A stretch of DNA of 64,000 nucleotides. Source: Salisapilia sapeloensis CBS 127946 (lineage: Eukaryota; Protista; Oomycota). Each line of letters starts with the position of its first letter. Positions within the stretch are counted from its first letter, which is position 1. Below are positions 60,057 through 64,000 of this stretch, one piece after another. The notes beneath the pieces are model-generated. The model saw only the letters and a program-made list of their open reading frames with translations. It was not told the origin of the DNA and made no database searches. Location: the NCBI GenBank assembly GCA_023334545.1, contig JAADVB010000023.1:59671-123670 (forward strand). Reading direction: 5' to 3'. Position numbers and translations under genes: made by a program.

Positions 60057-60071
60057 GGCAAATGATAATGG
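60057..60071 (-). promoter_or_regulatory. INR/FPR-like element just upstream of the likely RRP5 start
   Basis: The minus strand reads CCATTATCATTTGCC, 3 nt before ATG 60053. The match is imperfect, but it favours this start over the ORF-track start at 60143. Confidence 0.35.
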
Positions 60072-60659
60072 TTTGATGCGATTCACTGGTCCAAGTGGGA
60101 TGTAGCCATTCCTGTAAAACAAAGTAATTCTGATGGGCATCAATTATTACAGGATCTTCAACCTTTTACTCCATGCCACTCCACAGCAATCAACTAGATT
60201 GTACATAGACCGAAGGTCACCTGAGTATACTTTTGCAGGGGGCGAGGAGCTAGCAGGTGTGCAAGAGGAAAAAGTAGAGTAGAGGCTTTGATCTTCCATC
60301 GTTTAAACTGGTTTTCGGTAGAGAAGTCTAGGAAACGGCCCCCTCGCGTCATCCGAATGATGTGCTCTCGCTGGCATTCTTTCCAGACTAATTTAAGTGC
60401 ATAAACTTCGAAAAGTGCGAGGAAAGCTGACTGCTCGGCAACCGAGCGCAGTCGCAAGAGGTGAGCAGGTGGCTGTTCGAACCTCTTCGGCCTTCTAATA
60501 TGGATGCCTTGGTGCAAAGTGGCTTCAACACCAGAAAAAGTGCTTTTCCTCAAAACTGTCGACTGATACAAGGAGTCGATAAGATATCAAGCTTCACTTC
60601 TCATTCTGCTCTCGACAGCACAGGCCGAAAATCCCAACCATCCACTCGTAGACCTACAA

Positions 60660-61346
60660 ATGTCCAAATCAGCGACCCTAACTGTACGCGTTGGCATCCG
60701 GTACGTTGTGCCGAGGGAATGCAGCATCGAGTCGCTGCTGCAAAGTTTCCAACATCCTTCTTGGGTCAGCTTTGTGCTTCAAACATTCGGCCCCAAGCTC
60801 CATAGCGCTGTGCCAGCTATGCCTGGATTTTTGGACGATGCCCAGGAGTTTAAAGGAGACAAGAGCCGCTGTTCAGTATGTCTGTCCGATGATGGAGCGC
60901 AAGTGCAGCTACCCTGCGGTCACGCTTTCCATCAAGCATGTGTACAGACTTGGTTTGAGCGCAAAAGCACCTGTCCCGTCTGTCGGTATCAGGTACCGAC
61001 TCTACTAGAGAGCGGTCGCTACGGCGTATGTAGTATGACCTCGGCACTGGTGCTACCGGATCACTTCCAAGGACAAAGTCAAAATAGTGTAATCGCGGCC
61101 ATGCTTCCGGAAGGACTGACCGTTCGAGTCGTTGTCCAGACTCAACTGAAACAGCTTCAAAGTGATGTCACTAGGACGAACAACGTCTGTGTGGTAAATG
61201 CAGCGTGGGTCCACTCCAATAGGCAATCCATCCGTCATGAACAAACGGGATTGTCTGATGTGCGTCAAGGTGATCAGGTGCGAAAGAGGCAGAGAGAGGA
61301 GGAAATGGAGGTTTCAGCAAAGCGTCAACATCAGCGTTTGTGTTGA
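60660..61346 (+). CDS. RING-H2 zinc-finger protein (putative E3 ligase)
   Basis: CSVCLSDDGAQVQLPCGHAFHQACVQTWFERKSTCPVCR gives the C3H2C3 pattern. The start is ambiguous (60660 or 60819). Confidence 0.85.
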   Translation: MSKSATLTVRVGIRYVVPRECSIESLLQSFQHPSWVSFVLQTFGPKLHSAVPAMPGFLDDAQEFKGDKSRCSVCLSDDGAQVQLPCGHAFHQACVQTWFERKSTCPVCRYQVPTLLESGRYGVCSMTSALVLPDHFQGQSQNSVIAAMLPEGLTVRVVVQTQLKQLQSDVTRTNNVCVVNAAWVHSNRQSIRHEQTGLSDVRQGDQVRKRQREEEMEVSAKRQHQRLC

Positions 61347-62899
61347 GTTAGAAGCAGTTCGTGGTCATGGATGCCCATGAGCCCACCTCGATGTGAACTT
61401 GGTAGTTTTTGTATGAAATTGCATAGCAATGTTAATAGACCACTTTAGTCAAACTTTTCTGTCGTGGTTCATTGACTCGCCGGATTTAAATCGCATGGCC
61501 TATAAAATGGAATATTCATGATTTTCGAAAACCATGATGACAGGAAATGCGATGCGAAGAGGACTTTGCTGAGCAGTTTTCGGAAAGGTAAATGTAAAAA
61601 AAACTTTAGACCGTGTTCGCGCAGAATACCCATTATATGTAATTGGTCATTCACATCTTGTAGCTCTACTAACGATGACCAAATCAGGCAATACCGCGTT
61701 CGTTTAGAATCGCCGATTTTGCTTTGCCACTTGCCACTGGAAACCTAGCGTAGTACTTCAATATGACTCTCCCGCCAAAGCAGGAGTGCAAAAACAAGTT
61801 TTTGATGCTGGCAATAGATATACCGACTTGTGTTGTTAATTCATCCCGCCTCTCGTGCTCTATCCTACGTTCAGATTGATATTCCCGTTGCCGTGCTCGA
61901 TGTAGCGTGATCTATGTGAGATTGGCAACATTTGAGCTTGTCTTTTTCGGGACAAATTGTACCTAACTTAAATTACCCTCTTAATATACCGTTTTCCTCT
62001 GTCTGAAAACATAGGGCCGCGTTTTTAAAAACTCTCCATAAACGCCGGAGAAATATATTTTAGCACCTTCGTTCATTAAGATTTGGTACAGAAATATTCA
62101 ATAAAAGTGATGTAGTAATCGATCAAAACGGACCTCTGGATCAAGAGCTATTCACAATGAAAAACATGAATTTCGCGTCTGTTGGTTTTTAAAATTGTGC
62201 AGCACTTTATAATTTGCTTTGAACTACTCAAACGCCTACCCAGTTTCTACGATCATAGAAAAGTTCATTAAGCGTTTTGAACTTTAAGGTACCGTTTAAA
62301 CTTCTCTCTAGCTATACCTGCCTTTTGAATGGTGTCGATCCCAACTCAGATCGACATGGTCACTAAGGTCAATGTTCCATCCTCACCCTCTTCCGACAAG
62401 GAAACAGGAGCCAACCATTCCACTTGACCCGCTCCCCGCTCCCCACTCTCCTCTCCCATCTCTCTCTTCGGAAGACACCGAGCTGCTTCAACTTTTGCAG
62501 AACATCCATCCTAGTGCCATAGATGGTTGTCAACGCAACATGACATAGATCAAGAAAAAGGCTCTTCGCGCCTACCATGCTGGCCGTCTTCCGTTATCAT
62601 TTCCTCCCGGCTTTACTTCCGAGACTCATTCTGTCGCTCAGAGGACCAAATTACTGGACTTGTCATGGGCTATCTATTACACGGACACAATGCAAATTCT
62701 TCCCGAGCGTTTTGTACGCGAACTTAAGAAGGGGGCCGGAAGTGACGACGAATGCGTCATCATTCCGTTTGCGGTTGTTCAGGACGCTGAAGTCCTGATC
62801 AGAAAGAGCACGAAGTTACGACGAAGAACGTTCCATGGGAAGACAGACAATGACGTCCGTGAGCATTTCCCATGACGCACTCCAAGATATTTGATTTCA

Positions 62900-63560
62900 G
62901 TATGCATTTGAGCTAGACGACCTCAACCAACCAACAGGGTAGGACATAGTCTAGCTTTCTAACATTTTCAATTCAGTTGCAATTTTGCTTTCTACTACTC
63001 AAGTGCCTTCCTTCTCTCCACCGAGCTTCGGATACCTTTTAGGATCCGTTTGAATACCTCTATCTTTCCTTCACCTGGAGATAGAGAAGAACCGTGTCCC
63101 GTTACACCGACTAGTGTCTTCGTAAACGTATTGTCGACACTCAGTCCCCGAACAGCATAAGGCTTAGAGGCAATAAGACCTTGTTGAAAAATTGTGCTTA
63201 AGCGACCAAACTGACTGGTTTTGGTCTCGAGTTTAGTCCTATGACGATGGTTTCTAAGCAATCTCAAATACGCTGGTAAAGACGAAAGTCGAAGTTCCTT
63301 ATCTTTGATGAATAATTTCCTAAGTCTGTCAATTGCTCTGAAACAGTTCTTAAATTTAACTACGACCCCCGTCCTCTTAACATGCACTTTAAACTCCCCA
63401 GGTGTCAGAATCCCACTTCTGTCGTTAAAATAACGACGAACAATATCATTTTGAGCAAGTTGCTTGGCGGTCCACTTTCTGTTCAAAGAACATTCAAAGC
63501 TTTCCAATGTAAAGTCAGTAAGACAAGAATATGGTATGAATTTTGTTGATGGCTTGAAGT
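62900..63560 (-). pseudogene. MULE/MuDR transposase remnant
   Basis: Contains a C-x4-C-type segment (THEGCAFIVQFA), LSSLPAYLRLL, a LSVDNTFTKT first-Asp motif and KGIRSSVER. Truncated and degenerate. Confidence 0.6.
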
Positions 63561-64000
63561 TGCTAGAAAAAGCAAATTGTACAATAAACGCACAACCTTC
63601 ATGCGTACACACCGCCTTATATGCACGCTTATTGCTTTAACCACTCTGAATGACCTTTTAGCACTGTCATTGCATTCAATGACGGCCTGTATAATGTCTT
63701 CTTTCTTTGTATACGTTGTCGTGTCTAAAAACGACATGCTGATAGAGGCGCGAAATAAACTTGAAGTTGGGCACTTTTAAGCTTAAAGATGCAAATATGC
63801 TTGTAAAGATGGGATACGCTATCTCTGATCGTTTTAGTTTAAGAGTTTTCTGATATGCGATCACATTGACGAATTAATGGAAACGATTTGGAAACGGATA
63901 AAAACGGACAATGGGCATAAGCAGTTACGTACAATTGACAGGGAAATACCCATGGCACAGTCAAGAAGATTACGTCACATATCAGTGCATTCCTATGAGA

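Noticed and set aside
60054-60143. N-terminal extension of RRP5 in the ORF track
   Set aside because: Homologues begin near FPRGG, and an INR/FPR-like motif lies just before ATG 60053.

Overview
Eukaryotic DNA, most likely an oomycete (stramenopile). The evidence is short GT-AG introns (about 53-162 nt), an INR+FPR-type core promoter, and a TPI-GAPDH fusion with a mitochondrial-type presequence. The window has two compartments. From about 2.4 to 24 kb is a transposon graveyard: a decayed Ty3/Gypsy element, three copies of one solo-LTR family, a Tc3-like element with 175-bp TIRs, two PIF/Harbinger remnants, IS630/Tc1 fragments, a MITE and one tRNA-Ser(AGA). From about 24 to 61 kb is a tightly packed gene island: PX, CAP-Gly, bZIP, Kir-type channel, PRCC, TPI-GAPDH, NMD3, WD40, WW-PDZ-PH scaffold, ABC transporter, MFS, RRP5 and RING-H2 genes. 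An EML-type WD40 gene and a FAR1-like gene sit at the left edge, and a MULE remnant sits at the right edge. The most unusual item is an ABCB-type half-transporter with an N-terminal four-helix voltage-sensor-like domain and an EF-hand-like segment. Next is a Kir channel that keeps all three strong-rectifier acidic residues but lacks the pore Glu-Arg pair. All calls come from reading motifs by eye; no database searches were run.
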